From positions 12,157-76,156 of the forward strand of contig JAKLDH010000001.1 of assembly GCA_022703625.1 (NCBI GenBank): DNA of 64,000 bases, written 5' to 3'. Origin of the DNA: Cyanobacteriota bacterium. Lineage in GTDB: Bacteria; Cyanobacteriota; Vampirovibrionia; Gastranaerophilales; UBA9971. Positions within the stretch are counted from its first letter, which is position 1. The number at the start of each line of letters is the position of its first letter. A program made the translations under genes and the position numbers. Under the pieces are notes generated by a model that ran no database searches, had not been told where the DNA came from, and saw only the letters and a program-made list of their open reading frames with translations. This document shows, in pieces, positions 26,809 to 37,797 of this stretch.

Positions 26809-27705
26809 TTACCTCCTGCTTTTATTCATGTAATTAATTAAAACTTCCGCAATATCAGAGTTAGTATAAATTTTAACAGGTTTAAGCTTTAACAGGGAAA
26901 AAATTTCATTTAGTTTTTCGTTTTCTTCATTTAACAATTCCTGATATTTCGCTGTAACCGCTGGATTTGAAGAATCAAAAATCAAATTTTTGCCGGTTTC
27001 AGGGTCATAAAGATTTATATACCCGACAGAAGGCAGTGTTTCCTCCACAGGATCAAGAATTTGAATCGCCTGAAAATCATTTTTTATAACTAATTCGCCA
27101 AAATTATTTTTTCGGGAAAGGTTTGGGAAAATAAAATCTGATATGAAAAATATAAAATTTTTTCGCCCAATAATATTTTCCAGACTGGAAAAATCTGTTT
27201 CATAACTGTTATTTTCTTCCGGTTTATACTCTAAAAGCTTTTTAACAATTTTATAAATTTGTTTTAAGCCTTTTTCAGGGGGAATAATCTCTTTAATCTT
27301 GTCATCAAAAAGAATTGCTCCTGTTTTATCTCTTCTTTTGTCTGCAATATAGCCGATTAAAGCTATAATTTTAACAAGAATGTCTTTTTTTGATATTAAA
27401 GCCGAACCAAAATCCATAGAAGAGCTGACATCAAGAATAAGCCAAACCGTATTATTTCTTTCCTCTTCGTAAATGCGTACATGTGGCTTTCCTGTTCTTG
27501 CTGTTACGTTCCAGTCAATGTTTTTAATGTCATCGTTAATCGAATATTCTCTAATTTCCTTATAATCAAGCCCATGCCCCTGAAAAAAAGACAAATAACT
27601 TCCCTGAAGAGGGTTTTCCACTTTTCTTAAAGTTTTTAACCTTATTTTTTGCAGAATTTTTTCTGCAATTATAAAAGACTCTTCGATTTTTGATTTAGTT
27701 TTCAT
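26809..27705 (-). CDS. DUF58-domain protein
   Basis: 'YSINDDIKNIDWNVTARTGKPHVRIYEEER' signature. Paired with the VWA gene as in MoxR/Bat clusters. Confidence 0.8.
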   Translation of the reverse strand: MKTKSKIEESFIIAEKILQKIRLKTLRKVENPLQGSYLSFFQGHGLDYKEIREYSINDDIKNIDWNVTARTGKPHVRIYEEERNNTVWLILDVSSSMDFGSALISKKDILVKIIALIGYIADKRRDKTGAILFDDKIKEIIPPEKGLKQIYKIVKKLLEYKPEENNSYETDFSSLENIIGRKNFIFFISDFIFPNLSRKNNFGELVIKNDFQAIQILDPVEETLPSVGYINLYDPETGKNLIFDSSNPAVTAKYQELLNEENEKLNEIFSLLKLKPVKIYTNSDIAEVLINYMNKSRR

Positions 27706-27726
27706 TTAAAAATTAATTTTTAAAGA

Positions 27727-28815
27727 TTAAGTTGTTGTTGATTCAGCGAGTTTTTCAATTTTTGCTTTCTGGTCAGCCTGCATAAGCTCATTGAGAAGAT
27801 CGTCGAGATCACCTTCAATTACCGTCCATACATTGAAATTTGCCCCGATTCTATGGTCAGTGCATCTTCCCTGCGGGAAATTATAGGTTCTTATTCTCTC
27901 GCTTCTATCTCCTGTGCCGACTTGAGAACGTCTAAGATCGGTTATTTCCTGCATCTGCTTTTGAGCTTCAAGGTCATAAAGCTTTGTTTTTATAAGATTC
28001 AGAGCGATTTCCCTGTTTTTAAGCTGGCTTCTTTCTTCAGTACAGTGAACCATAATTCCTGAAGGCTTATGAACTATTCTGACGGCTGTTTCAACCTTAT
28101 TAACATTCTGCCCGCCTGCTCCGCCTGACCTTGCGGTTGTAATTTCCAAATCTTCCGGCTCAATATCTATTTCAACGTCTTCAACTTCAGGCATAACCGC
28201 AACAGTGGCTGTGCTTGTATGAACTCTTCCCTGAGATTCAGTAACAGGAACTCTTTGGACTCTGTGAACGCCTGATTCGTATTTTAACCGGCTATAAACA
28301 GCATCTCCGTGAATGGAAATAACAACTTCGCTGATCCCGCCGACGCTACCCTCTGACATGCTTATAATATCGTTTTTCCAGCCTTGTTTTTCGGCGTATC
28401 GCATATACATTCTCATTAAATCCGCCGCAAAAATGTTTGCTTCATCGCCTCCCGCGCTTCCTCGGATTTCCAGCATAATGTTTTTATCGTCATTAGGATC
28501 TCTTGGCAAAAGCAGGACTTTCATTTTTTCTTCGTATTTAACGATTTTTTCTTCCGCATTATCAAGTTCCAGCTGAAGAAAACCTTTCATTTCAGGATCA
28601 GTTTCTCCTTTTAGCATTTGCAGGGCTTCTTGTTTTGCGTCAAGAGCCTCTTGCCAGGCATGATAAATTTCAACGGTTTCTTCCATTGATTTTCTTTTTT
28701 TGGATAAAGTCCTAAAATCCTCGTAATCCTTAATAATTTCAGGATCACTAAGCTTTTCGCCAATTTCTATATAATTTTGTTCAATGCTTTTAATTTTATC
28801 CAGCATGTCTTTCAT
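27727..28815 (-). CDS. prfA: peptide chain release factor 1
   Basis: '[14 protein letters not shown]' GGQ motif and the RF1-type 'PVT' tripeptide. Confidence 0.93.
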   Translation of the reverse strand: MKDMLDKIKSIEQNYIEIGEKLSDPEIIKDYEDFRTLSKKRKSMEETVEIYHAWQEALDAKQEALQMLKGETDPEMKGFLQLELDNAEEKIVKYEEKMKVLLLPRDPNDDKNIMLEIRGSAGGDEANIFAADLMRMYMRYAEKQGWKNDIISMSEGSVGGISEVVISIHGDAVYSRLKYESGVHRVQRVPVTESQGRVHTSTATVAVMPEVEDVEIDIEPEDLEITTARSGGAGGQNVNKVETAVRIVHKPSGIMVHCTEERSQLKNREIALNLIKTKLYDLEAQKQMQEITDLRRSQVGTGDRSERIRTYNFPQGRCTDHRIGANFNVWTVIEGDLDDLLNELMQADQKAKIEKLAESTTT

Positions 28816-28910
28816 AAAATATATCCTTATGCTGCTTACTTTACTTTATAAATTTGCCATTTGTTCACACAGAGGCATTTCAGCCTAGCTACCTTTTGTA
28901 TGTTCTTTTT

Positions 28911-29621
28911 TTATTCAACCTTTTGAGGAAAGCGTCCGCAACTTTTTATTTCATCGCAAAAACCGTTTTTTTCGCATTTTGGAACAAGGTATTCTCCAAG
29001 CCACGGCTCTTTTTTAACCACAAGATCACACATTTTTTTAACAAGTTTTCTTATTTCATGCTGAGCGCTTACGCAAAGCCTTAAATTAGCTAAATGTATC
29101 ATTTCTCTTAAATTTAAACTTGCAACAAGAGAACTGGTGGCGGCGTTTGGAAGTATAAACCTTGCATCTTCGGCTGGAATTCTTTTTTCTATCATTTTAT
29201 CATAAAATTCAGCGGTATTCTTCATAAAAACATGGTATTCATCTTCAAAACCTGCGTTTTTAATTGTTTGCGGCGTTATATATTCAAATTGCCCTTGTTC
29301 AACAACATATCTTTGGGATTTTTGAGAAAAAGACATGTGCCGATGTCTGACAAGCTGATGCGTGCAGGCGCGGCTTACTCCGCTGATTGTAAAAACATAT
29401 TGACAATGTTCAATTGTGCTGTGATGACCTGATTGAAGAACTTTTTTAACAAGTTTAAGCATTTTAGCGTCATCAACATCTTTTTCCCAGATGTTACAAG
29501 GATAATCAGCGGAATAGCAGGTTCTGCATGCAAGATAGATTGTCTTTAAAGGATTTTCAGGAGCGTTTATTAAGCTCACCATTGGAAATTCTTTATTTTC
29601 TGTCATTATTTTTTCCTGCAT
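28911..29621 (-). CDS. thyX: FAD-dependent thymidylate synthase
   Basis: ThyX signature 'RHRHMSFSQKSQRY'. Confidence 0.92.
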   Translation of the reverse strand: MQEKIMTENKEFPMVSLINAPENPLKTIYLACRTCYSADYPCNIWEKDVDDAKMLKLVKKVLQSGHHSTIEHCQYVFTISGVSRACTHQLVRHRHMSFSQKSQRYVVEQGQFEYITPQTIKNAGFEDEYHVFMKNTAEFYDKMIEKRIPAEDARFILPNAATSSLVASLNLREMIHLANLRLCVSAQHEIRKLVKKMCDLVVKKEPWLGEYLVPKCEKNGFCDEIKSCGRFPQKVE

Positions 29622-29635
29622 TACTCATATTTAAA

Positions 29636-29663
29636 CAACATAAACCGCAGGCGTACTGCGGCT
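29636..29663 (-). terminator. hairpin terminator after rpmE
   Basis: Minus strand: CCGCAG-TACGC-CTGCGG followed by TTTATGTTGTTT. Confidence 0.45.
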
Positions 29664-29688
29664 TATTGTAAAATGAAATATTAAAAAG

Positions 29689-29898
29689 CTATTTTTTGTT
29701 GACGTTAGCGTAACGTTTTTTGAATTTTTCAACTCTACCCTCAATATCCAGAATTTTTTGAGTTCCGGTAAAGAAAGGGTGGCAAGCATTACAAATTTCA
29801 ACTTTTAATCCGTCTTCCAGAGACGAGGTTTCAATTACATTGCCGCAAGCGCAGTTAATTGTGGTTTTTTTATACTTGGGATGGATGTTATCTTTCAT
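29689..29898 (-). CDS. rpmE: 50S ribosomal protein L31
   Basis: 'MKDNIHPKY...CACG...[10 protein letters not shown]' L31 pattern with zinc-binding cysteines. Confidence 0.93.
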   Translation of the reverse strand: MKDNIHPKYKKTTINCACGNVIETSSLEDGLKVEICNACHPFFTGTQKILDIEGRVEKFKKRYANVNKK

Positions 29899-29969
29899 TT
29901 TTGAGAAATTCCTCTTGTTGTGTTATTAAAACATGCTTCTATTAAATAGCTTTTAATTTAAAATCAAAA

Positions 29970-30051
29970 TGTCGAGAGTGGGACTTGAACCCACATAGAT
30001 TGCTCCACACGGCCCTCAACCGTGCGCGTCTACCAATTCCGCCATCCCGAC
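29970..30051 (-). tRNA. tRNA-Leu (anticodon GAG)
   Basis: Hand-folded 82-nt type-II tRNA: GTCGGGA acceptor, anticodon loop TTGAGGG, long variable arm, T-loop TTCAAGT. Confidence 0.88.
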
Positions 30052-30200
30052 ATGTTGGGTCTTTTTGCCACTTAATTTTAAGACGCTTAAAACTTAATTT
30101 TTGTTTCCTTAAAACTAAATGGTATCTATTAATATTAATTCGCTAAAAACTTTCATGTCAACATGTTTAGCATTTATAGTTCAAGATAAATTTTTGCTGA

Positions 30201-30250
30201 TATTTACAAAAACCATCTTTTTTATTTACGTCAATGTTAAATTATTGTAA
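30201..30250 (+). repeat. family-B right-end remnant
   Basis: TATTTACAAAAACCATCTTTTTTATTTACG matches the B tail (AGATTTACAAAAACCATCTTTTTTATTTAACGG). Confidence 0.55.
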
Positions 30251-30290
30251 CATGTTTACAGGGTTTAAAAGAATCGGATTCGTTATATTC

Positions 30291-30319
30291 TTGACAATAA
30301 ACCCTACATATAGTGTAAT
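30291..30319 (+). promoter_or_regulatory. sigma70-like promoter upstream of smc
   Basis: TTGACA, 17-nt spacer, TGTAAT, about 120 nt upstream of the smc ATG. Confidence 0.3.
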
Positions 30320-30439
30320 TCTGTTATATGTTCAGTAACAGAAATGTTAAAGAAACACAAAGTCGCGGCATTTTAAAACGTTTAAAAGTACCAATTTACT
30401 AGAATCAGGAAGTCAGATTTTATCTGAAAAAATTTGTTG

Positions 30440-33400
30440 ATGCACATCAGTAAAATAGAAATAGACAATTTTAAGTCTTTTGCCAACCCCACGGATATCC
30501 CGTTTCTGCAAGGTTTTACAACCGTATCAGGACCGAATGGCTCAGGCAAAAGCAATATAATTGACAGTATACTGTTCTGTCTTGGGCTGTCATCCTCTAA
30601 AACACTCAGGGCTGACAGACTTTTTCATTTAATAAATACTCATAACAAAAAAAATGAAGCTTCTGTAAAAGTCTGTTTTTCAAACGGGACTGGGCAGGAA
30701 AACCTTTCTGTTAAAAGAAAAATTAAAAAAACATCAGCCGGATTTATCAGTAATTACTACTTAAACGATAAAACATCAACATTAAATGAAATCCACGACG
30801 AGCTTTCAAAGCATAATATTTCCCCTGGCTGTTATAATGTAATGATGCAGGGCGATGTAACAAGCATAATCAACATTAGCGCAACGGAAAGACGGAAAAT
30901 AATTGATGAAATTGCAGGTGTTGCAGACTTTGACAGAAGAATAGAACAGGCAAAGAAAGAACTGGAAACAGTTGAGCAACGTGTCGAAAAATCCGGCGTA
31001 ATTCTTGGAGAAATCGAGTATAGGCTTATTCAGCTTGAAGAAGAGAAAAATCATGCGCTAAAATACCAGAAAATACGAGATGAAAAACAGGAACTGGAAA
31101 AGAAACTTCGTGTTGTAAGATATTTTGAGATTAAAAATTCCTTTGAAAGGCTTCATGAGAGCATACTTGAGGCAAATAAAAACAAAAAGGAAGAAGACAA
31201 AAAGCTTTCAGAGCTTGTTATTAGGCTTGAAGAAACGCATAAAAAGCAATTAGAGCTTTCTGAACAAATAAAAAACAAGGGCGAAGACGAGCAAATTGAA
31301 ATAAAAAAACAGATGGAATCGCTAAAAGGACTTATTGCTCGCAAAAAAGACAGTTTAAGACTGTCAGAAAAACAGGCTCAAGACAATTTAAAAGGAATTG
31401 AAACCGCAAAATATAATATAGAGAACTTAAAACAGAAAATAAAGGACTCTTCACACAGAATTAACCTAAAAAATGAAGAGATAGAATCTATTGAAGAAAA
31501 AATTAAATTTGAAAAACAAAAGCTTGAAAACCTTTTACAGGAAGTGTCAGGAGTAAATAAAGCCGCAACAGAACAATTGGAAAAAAGAAACAGCCTTAGA
31601 AAACTTTTTGAGAACAAAAAAGACGAAGAAAATGCTCTTTTAAAAGAAAAATTAACTTCTGAAGAAAGGGTTTCAAGGTTACAAAAAACTATAGATGAAG
31701 CTAATTCGGTAATAATAGAGGCAGAAGGTTTCAAAAATTCAAATACTGAAAGAAGAAACGTGCTGGAAACACAAATAAATGAGCTGTCAAAAGAGCTTAA
31801 GGATTATGAAATAGTACAAAAGAATAATCTTGAGTATCTTGACAAATTAAAAAACGAAATTAGCGATCATAACTATAATATTAATGCCGCATACAGAAAA
31901 ATAACCCAGCTGGAAGCAACTAAAAGGGCATCTGAAGAAGCAGGATTCGGCAGAGCAATTGATACAATAATGAATTCCGGAGTTAAAGGGATCCATGCGC
32001 CGCTTGCGCAATTGGGAAAAGTCAATCAGGAATACTCAACAGCCCTTGAAATAGCGATGGGCGGAAGAATGAGATGTATTGTTGTAGATGATGATGAGGT
32101 TGCAAGAGTTGCAATAGAGGTTCTTAAGTCATCTCAGGCTGGAAGAGCTACTTTTCTTCCCTTAAACAAAATGAATTCCAAGCCTTGGGGAATGAAAGTT
32201 CCGAAAGAGCCTGGCGTTATAGATTTTGCCATAAATCTTATCGAGTTTGACAATGTTTATGAATCAACGTTTTACTATGCTCTTGGGGATACACTTATAG
32301 TCGAAGACCTTATTTCATCGAGAAAACTGGCGGGCAAATACAGGATGGTAACGGTTGACGGCAGTTTGGTGGAAAAGACAGGGGCAATGACAGGAGGATC
32401 AGTACATAAATCAGGATTAAAGTTTGCGCAATCCCAAGATGATGAGCTTAATACACTGAAAGAAAGATTCCAAAAACTCCAAGATAAAGCCACAGAGCTT
32501 GATAAGAAGAAACAGGAAACTGAAAATAAGCTTGATAACGTTAGGCGGGATTATTCGGATGCCTTGAATGAGTTTAACAGAAAGAAATTTGAGCTTGAAA
32601 ACTTCGATAAAAACACTAAAGATGCCGAGTTAAAAATAATAAAAAGTCATGAGCTTTTAGAAATAAAAATGCCTGAACTTTTAGAAGCTCAAGATCATTT
32701 CAACATAAAGGGTTTAGAACTTGATAATATATCAAAACAAATAGCAGAGCTTGCGGAAGAAATTGAAAAAGTTGAAAAATCACTGCCAGAAAACGAACTT
32801 ACAAAATTGAATAATCTTTCACAAAATATCGAAAAGGAAATAAAAACTTGTGAATCAAGTCTTTCAGCTTGTCAAAACGACATAAAAGCCGTCAAAATGG
32901 AAATAGAGTTTAATGAAAACTCAATAAAGATTCATAATGAGCGAATTGAACAATTATTTGGAGAAAATATAAACCTTGACAAGGAAAAAGAGGTGTTTGC
33001 GGCGGAAATTATCCAGACTGATGAAAGATTGAACGAATTACAAGATAAGATTAACGAGATTGGTACTGAATTAACGACGCTTCAATCGGAAAGAGACGGC
33101 TTAAATGTTGAGCTTACAGGACTAGAAAGAAACAAAGTCGGCTTTGAAACAAGGATTGAGAGGCTTATTGAGCAGGTAGAAGCTTTTAAAACAAGACGAA
33201 AAGAACTTGAACCGGAGCTGGATGAAATCAGGCAGGAGCTTATTCAACAGGGATATGAGGTTTCTCAGCTAAAACCAACGGAAGTTTCACTTGATGAAGT
33301 GAATAAAGCAATAACAAAGCTGGAAAAAAGAATGACTGAAATGGAACCGGTCAATATGAAGGCTTTAACAGAATATGACGAGGTAAAAACCAGAAAAGAA

Positions 33401-33934
33401 GAGCTTGAAAGCAGGATTAACACGTTAACAAACGAAAAAAATCAAATTATAGACAAAATGAATAGCTATGAAGAGCTGAAAATAAAGTCTTTTAGGGAAA
33501 CTTATGACCAAATCAACACTAATTTCAAGGTTATTTTCAATCAATTATCAGATGGAGAAGGAAGAATAGTTCTTGAAAACGATATAAATCCACTTGCAGG
33601 CGGATTGACAATAGAGGCTCAGCCAAGAGATAAGAAAATGCAACGTCTTGAGTCCATGAGCGGCGGAGAAAAGTCTTTGACGGCGCTTGCCTTTGTTTTT
33701 GCCATACAGCGGCATATGCCCGCTCCTTTTTATGCTTTTGACGAGGTGGATATGCATCTTGACGGAATTAATTCGGAAAAACTTGCTCATCTTATAAAAT
33801 CCCAGTCTTCAAATGCTCAATTTATCGTAGTATCTTTAAGAAAGCCCATGATAGAAGCGGCAGACAGAACAATAGGCGTAACACAGAAAAATAGCGGTAT
33901 TACTAAGGTTACAGGAGTAAGATTACATGGATAG
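30440..33934 (+). CDS. smc: chromosome segregation protein SMC
   Basis: 'MHISKIEIDNFKSF...GPNGSGKSN' head, long coiled coils, central hinge, C-terminal 'LSGGEKSLTALAF' and 'FDEVDMHLD'. ATG at 30440 is preferred over the TTG at 30434. Confidence 0.93.
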   Translation: MHISKIEIDNFKSFANPTDIPFLQGFTTVSGPNGSGKSNIIDSILFCLGLSSSKTLRADRLFHLINTHNKKNEASVKVCFSNGTGQENLSVKRKIKKTSAGFISNYYLNDKTSTLNEIHDELSKHNISPGCYNVMMQGDVTSIINISATERRKIIDEIAGVADFDRRIEQAKKELETVEQRVEKSGVILGEIEYRLIQLEEEKNHALKYQKIRDEKQELEKKLRVVRYFEIKNSFERLHESILEANKNKKEEDKKLSELVIRLEETHKKQLELSEQIKNKGEDEQIEIKKQMESLKGLIARKKDSLRLSEKQAQDNLKGIETAKYNIENLKQKIKDSSHRINLKNEEIESIEEKIKFEKQKLENLLQEVSGVNKAATEQLEKRNSLRKLFENKKDEENALLKEKLTSEERVSRLQKTIDEANSVIIEAEGFKNSNTERRNVLETQINELSKELKDYEIVQKNNLEYLDKLKNEISDHNYNINAAYRKITQLEATKRASEEAGFGRAIDTIMNSGVKGIHAPLAQLGKVNQEYSTALEIAMGGRMRCIVVDDDEVARVAIEVLKSSQAGRATFLPLNKMNSKPWGMKVPKEPGVIDFAINLIEFDNVYESTFYYALGDTLIVEDLISSRKLAGKYRMVTVDGSLVEKTGAMTGGSVHKSGLKFAQSQDDELNTLKERFQKLQDKATELDKKKQETENKLDNVRRDYSDALNEFNRKKFELENFDKNTKDAELKIIKSHELLEIKMPELLEAQDHFNIKGLELDNISKQIAELAEEIEKVEKSLPENELTKLNNLSQNIEKEIKTCESSLSACQNDIKAVKMEIEFNENSIKIHNERIEQLFGENINLDKEKEVFAAEIIQTDERLNELQDKINEIGTELTTLQSERDGLNVELTGLERNKVGFETRIERLIEQVEAFKTRRKELEPELDEIRQELIQQGYEVSQLKPTEVSLDEVNKAITKLEKRMTEMEPVNMKALTEYDEVKTRKEELESRINTLTNEKNQIIDKMNSYEELKIKSFRETYDQINTNFKVIFNQLSDGEGRIVLENDINPLAGGLTIEAQPRDKKMQRLESMSGGEKSLTALAFVFAIQRHMPAPFYAFDEVDMHLDGINSEKLAHLIKSQSSNAQFIVVSLRKPMIEAADRTIGVTQKNSGITKVTGVRLHG

Positions 33935-34736
33935 TAATGTTTTAAAAAAACGCTCCGATCTGGAATTTGGCTTGGAAGAAAATATTAATACCTTTCAAAC
34001 AGACGACAAAGCTGTTGATGGCATTGAAATTCTTTTTGAAATGGCAAAAAGCGGAAAAATTGATCCGTGGAATATTGATATTGCTGATGTTACAGATAAA
34101 TATCTTCAAAAACTAGTTGAATTAAAGGCAAATAACCTAAAACTTACCGGCAGAACCTTGTTTTTTGCGGCTTTATTGTTAAGACTAAAGTCAGATGTGC
34201 TTGAGGGCATAAATGTTTTTGAAGAAAAACCTGAAGAAGCGCAGTTTTTAGATGAAATTAGTGATTTTGAAGAGGACTCAGAAAGCATAAATTATAACAA
34301 TGTAATTTCCCTGGACGAGGTTTTAGAAAGACGCACCAGCGTTCGGCTGTATAAAAATAGGGTGGTAACGCTTGAAGAGCTGGTTAAGCAACTTGAATTT
34401 TATGAAAAAATAGATAGGCGGCTGGCTTTAAGAAATAAACAGAAAAAAAGCGTCGGCAAATATCGATCTTATGAAAATTTTACGCCGGAAGATATTATTA
34501 ATATGGCTCATGACGAATATATTGAAACCAGCGTCTCTAAAATTCAACAAAGCCTGGAAAAATTGTTTGAAACAGATAGCAAAATAGAGCTAAATGAACT
34601 CATAGATGCTGGTATGGATAAAGTATCAGTGTATATAGCTCTTTTGTTTCTTGCTTCTCGCAGTAGAATAGACCTTGTGCAGGATGAATTTTACTCTGAT
34701 CTTTATATTGTTCAGGAAATTAATAATACCGTTTAA
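33927..34736 (+). CDS. scpA: segregation and condensation protein A (kleisin)
   Basis: 'IDPWNIDIADVTDKYL' ScpA N-terminal motif. Overlaps the smc stop by 8 nt. Confidence 0.88.
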   Translation: MDSNVLKKRSDLEFGLEENINTFQTDDKAVDGIEILFEMAKSGKIDPWNIDIADVTDKYLQKLVELKANNLKLTGRTLFFAALLLRLKSDVLEGINVFEEKPEEAQFLDEISDFEEDSESINYNNVISLDEVLERRTSVRLYKNRVVTLEELVKQLEFYEKIDRRLALRNKQKKSVGKYRSYENFTPEDIINMAHDEYIETSVSKIQQSLEKLFETDSKIELNELIDAGMDKVSVYIALLFLASRSRIDLVQDEFYSDLYIVQEINNTV

Positions 34737-34754
34737 AAAGGGATAAAATCAATA

Positions 34755-35300
34755 ATGACACTTAAATGTAGAATAGAAGCGGCTCTTTTTGTAATAGGTA
34801 AAGCTGTTACGGTTGAAGAAATAGCTGAAATTGTCAAAGCAAAGCCGGAAGAAGTAGAGTCAGAACTTCTTGATCTTCTTATGGATTATTCTTCAAGGGA
34901 AAGCGCTCTTGAAATCGATGATGAGAACGGTTATATAATTCAAGTGAGAGAAGAATATAAGGATATAGTTGAAAAACTGATTCCTGTGGAGCTAAAGCCG
35001 CCTGTTTTAAGGACATTATCGGTAATTGCCTTAAAAGAACCCCTAAGACAAAGCTCTTTAAAAGAGCTTAGAGGCGCAACCGCTTATGATCATATTGCAG
35101 AGCTCCTTGAAAAAGGGCTTATAACAAGAAAAAAGGATAAAAACGGCAGGTCTTTTATCCTGAAAACCACGCCCAAGTTTGCGGAATACTTCAAGCTTAA
35201 AGGCGATACCAAAGCGTTGGCTAAAATCCTTGATTTAAACAAAAAAACAAGCAAAACTATTGTCGAAAATGAGGAAACAGAAGGGTTTTCCGGCGAATAA
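34755..35300 (+). CDS. scpB: segregation and condensation protein B
   Basis: 'IEAALFVIGKAVTVEEIAEI' and a second winged-helix region 'LRTLSVIALKEPLRQSSLKELRG'. Confidence 0.88.
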   Translation: MTLKCRIEAALFVIGKAVTVEEIAEIVKAKPEEVESELLDLLMDYSSRESALEIDDENGYIIQVREEYKDIVEKLIPVELKPPVLRTLSVIALKEPLRQSSLKELRGATAYDHIAELLEKGLITRKKDKNGRSFILKTTPKFAEYFKLKGDTKALAKILDLNKKTSKTIVENEETEGFSGE

Positions 35301-35414
35301 AATGTTATATTAAAAAATAATAACTATTTTATGGCTTATGATGGACAATTGTTTGTGGACTATTATACTATATGTTTGTGTAGTAATTTTTGAAAATTAT
35401 CTTAGAAAGTGTAA

Positions 35415-36866
35415 ATGGAACACTCAATTTTAAAAGCTGATCTTAAAAAAAGCTTTGACCTGAAAACCCTTGCCCATGACGCTAAATTTCATTTTATCGC
35501 TCTGGGTGGTATCGGAATGAGTGCTTTAGCCAGAATTTTGCTCGAAGCGGGGTATAAAATATCAGGCTCAGATTTGACAAAAAACCATCTGATGGAGTAC
35601 TTTGAACAACAAAACGCTGATATTTTTGTGGGGCATTCAGACAAAAACTTGATAGATTGCGCAGTTGTTGTTAAAAGTTCCGCAATAAAACTTAACAATC
35701 CAGAGCTTCAAAAAGCTTTGGAATTAAATATTCCTGTTCTGCACCGAGCAGAGCTATTAAACGCCTTGATGCGCGGCTTAAATCAAATAGCGATAGGCGT
35801 TACCGGCACTCACGGAAAAACAACCACAACGGGAATGATAACCACAATTTTTTATGAAATGGGATTAGACCCTAGTTTCGCTATCGGAGGGGAGATTCCT
35901 CAGCTTAAAACAAACTCTGCCTTCGGTAAAGGCGGATATTTCATCTCAGAGCTTGACGAGAGCGATGGAACAATCGAATTATACAGCCCTGACATAAGCG
36001 TGATAACAAACCTTGAGCTTGAACACACTGACCACTACAGAAATGGCTTTGACCAACTTCTTGATACTATGGCAAGGTTTGTTAAAAACATTTCTGACAA
36101 TGCGAAAACAATTATTAATATTGATGATGCAGGCAACCTAAAGCTTATTGACAAGGTAAACAGCGGGAATTTCATCACATACAGTCTTGAAGATCAGAGC
36201 GCAGACTATTTTGCCGAAGTTGTCGAACCTGCGCCGAATGCGAAAATGAAAGTTTATAAAAAAGCTCAATGTCTTGGAGAAATTACCCTTGGCATTCCGG
36301 GCGTTCATAACCTTTCTGACGCGCTGGCGGCTACGGCTGTGTGTCTTGAAAAAGAGCTGGATTTTAACGGTATTTCCAACGCATTATCTAAGTTTACAGG
36401 AATGAAAAAGCGGTTTCAAACAGTAGGATTTGCAAAAGAAGCAAGAATAATTGACGATTACGCTCATCATCCTACAGAAATTAAGGCAACTGTCAAAACA
36501 GCCCGACAGGTTGTGGATTTAAGCAAAAACGACAAGGGGAACTTAATTGCTGTTTTTCAGCCGCATAGGTATACCCGTTTTGAAAAATTTTGGGGTGAAT
36601 TCTTGAAATCTTTTGATGAAGCTGATATTGTTTATGTATGTGATGTTTATTCGGCTGAAGAAGCTCCTTTAGAAAATATTAATTCTGAAGAATTCGCTAA
36701 ACAGTTGCAACATAAGTGCGCATATTATATAAAAGGCGATATGGACAAGGTTGCTGATACTCTTATAAACGCAATAAAGCCGAATGATCTGGTTTTAACA
36801 ATGGGCGCGGGTAATATAACAAAGCTTGGTCCGATTATTGTAAATAAAATAAACGGAAATAACTAA
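35415..36866 (+). CDS. murC: UDP-N-acetylmuramate--L-alanine ligase
   Basis: 'FIALGGIGMSALA' and 'GVTGTHGKTTTT' with Mur ligase middle and C domains. Confidence 0.93.
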   Translation: MEHSILKADLKKSFDLKTLAHDAKFHFIALGGIGMSALARILLEAGYKISGSDLTKNHLMEYFEQQNADIFVGHSDKNLIDCAVVVKSSAIKLNNPELQKALELNIPVLHRAELLNALMRGLNQIAIGVTGTHGKTTTTGMITTIFYEMGLDPSFAIGGEIPQLKTNSAFGKGGYFISELDESDGTIELYSPDISVITNLELEHTDHYRNGFDQLLDTMARFVKNISDNAKTIINIDDAGNLKLIDKVNSGNFITYSLEDQSADYFAEVVEPAPNAKMKVYKKAQCLGEITLGIPGVHNLSDALAATAVCLEKELDFNGISNALSKFTGMKKRFQTVGFAKEARIIDDYAHHPTEIKATVKTARQVVDLSKNDKGNLIAVFQPHRYTRFEKFWGEFLKSFDEADIVYVCDVYSAEEAPLENINSEEFAKQLQHKCAYYIKGDMDKVADTLINAIKPNDLVLTMGAGNITKLGPIIVNKINGNN

Positions 36867-36867
36867 A

Positions 36868-37797
36868 ATGACATCAATTTTAAATATTAAAAAGCTTGAA
36901 AATGAATGTTTAAAAGAATATACGACATTAAAAATAGGCGGTAACGCAGTAGAATTATATATTCCTGACAATGTCAGCGAAATATTACAGCTAAAGCAGT
37001 TATTACAAAATGAAAAAATTGTAATCTTAGGACAGGGTTCAAATATTCTTGTTTCATCTCAGGGAATTCAAGACAGAGTAATTTATACAGGCAATTTAAA
37101 AAAATATGAATTTCTTAATGAAACAACGATAAAGGTTGAAAGCGGCATTAAATCCTGGAATGTGGCGAAAATTCTTCTGGATAAAAATTTGTCGGGGTTG
37201 GAATTTCTGATAGGAATCCCCGGGTCATTGGGCGGGGCGGTTACAATGAATTCTTCAGCTCACGGTCAGGCAATTGAAGACGTTATAGAATCAGCAGAAG
37301 CGCTTGATCTTAAGACTAACGAGATTTATCTTCTTAATAAATCCGAATTGAAGCTGGGTTACAGAAATTCTTTTGTGGAAAAAAACCGTCATTTAATATT
37401 AAATGCCACTTTTAAGCTTAAAAAAGACCATCATAACAAGATTGCGGAAAGAATGGATTTCCATCTCTCTTACAGAAAAGAACGGCATCCCGCATTAACC
37501 CAGCCTAATGCCGGAAGTACCTTTAGAAACCCCGCTCAAGGAGTTTATACAGGCAGGCTCCTTGAAGAAATGGGAGCAAAAAACTGGCAAGAAGGCGGCG
37601 CCGCAATCTCTGACAAACACTGTAATTTTATAATCAATAAAGACAATGCAACTTCTCTTGATGTTTCAAGATTAATGCAAAAAATGCATAATAGCGTAAA
37701 GCAGGAATATGGCTATGATTTAATAGCTGAAATTCGGTATATCGGTAAACCGACCGAAGAAGAAGAGGAAATATGGGCGAAATTCACGGTTCATTAA
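36868..37797 (+). CDS. murB: UDP-N-acetylenolpyruvoylglucosamine reductase
   Basis: FAD-binding 'GQGSNILV' and 'AGSTFRNP'. Confidence 0.92.
   Translation: MTSILNIKKLENECLKEYTTLKIGGNAVELYIPDNVSEILQLKQLLQNEKIVILGQGSNILVSSQGIQDRVIYTGNLKKYEFLNETTIKVESGIKSWNVAKILLDKNLSGLEFLIGIPGSLGGAVTMNSSAHGQAIEDVIESAEALDLKTNEIYLLNKSELKLGYRNSFVEKNRHLILNATFKLKKDHHNKIAERMDFHLSYRKERHPALTQPNAGSTFRNPAQGVYTGRLLEEMGAKNWQEGGAAISDKHCNFIINKDNATSLDVSRLMQKMHNSVKQEYGYDLIAEIRYIGKPTEEEEEIWAKFTVH

Noticed and set aside
25856-27705. DUF58 plus VWA pair as a novel defence or stress system
   Set aside because: This is the ordinary BatA/DUF58 module of MoxR-type clusters. The only oddity is that no MoxR ATPase gene is adjacent (prfA is upstream), and that may simply be encoded elsewhere.
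28854-29084. 76-aa plus-strand ORF between prfA and thyX
   Set aside because: It mostly overlaps the 3' end of thyX on the opposite strand, and its sequence is low-complexity and Phe/Leu-rich.
37773-37797. murB/ddl 25-nt overlap as a frameshift or gene fusion
   Set aside because: Both ORFs are full length with intact N- and C-terminal motifs. It is an ordinary overlapping-gene junction, although the ddl start could be a downstream codon.
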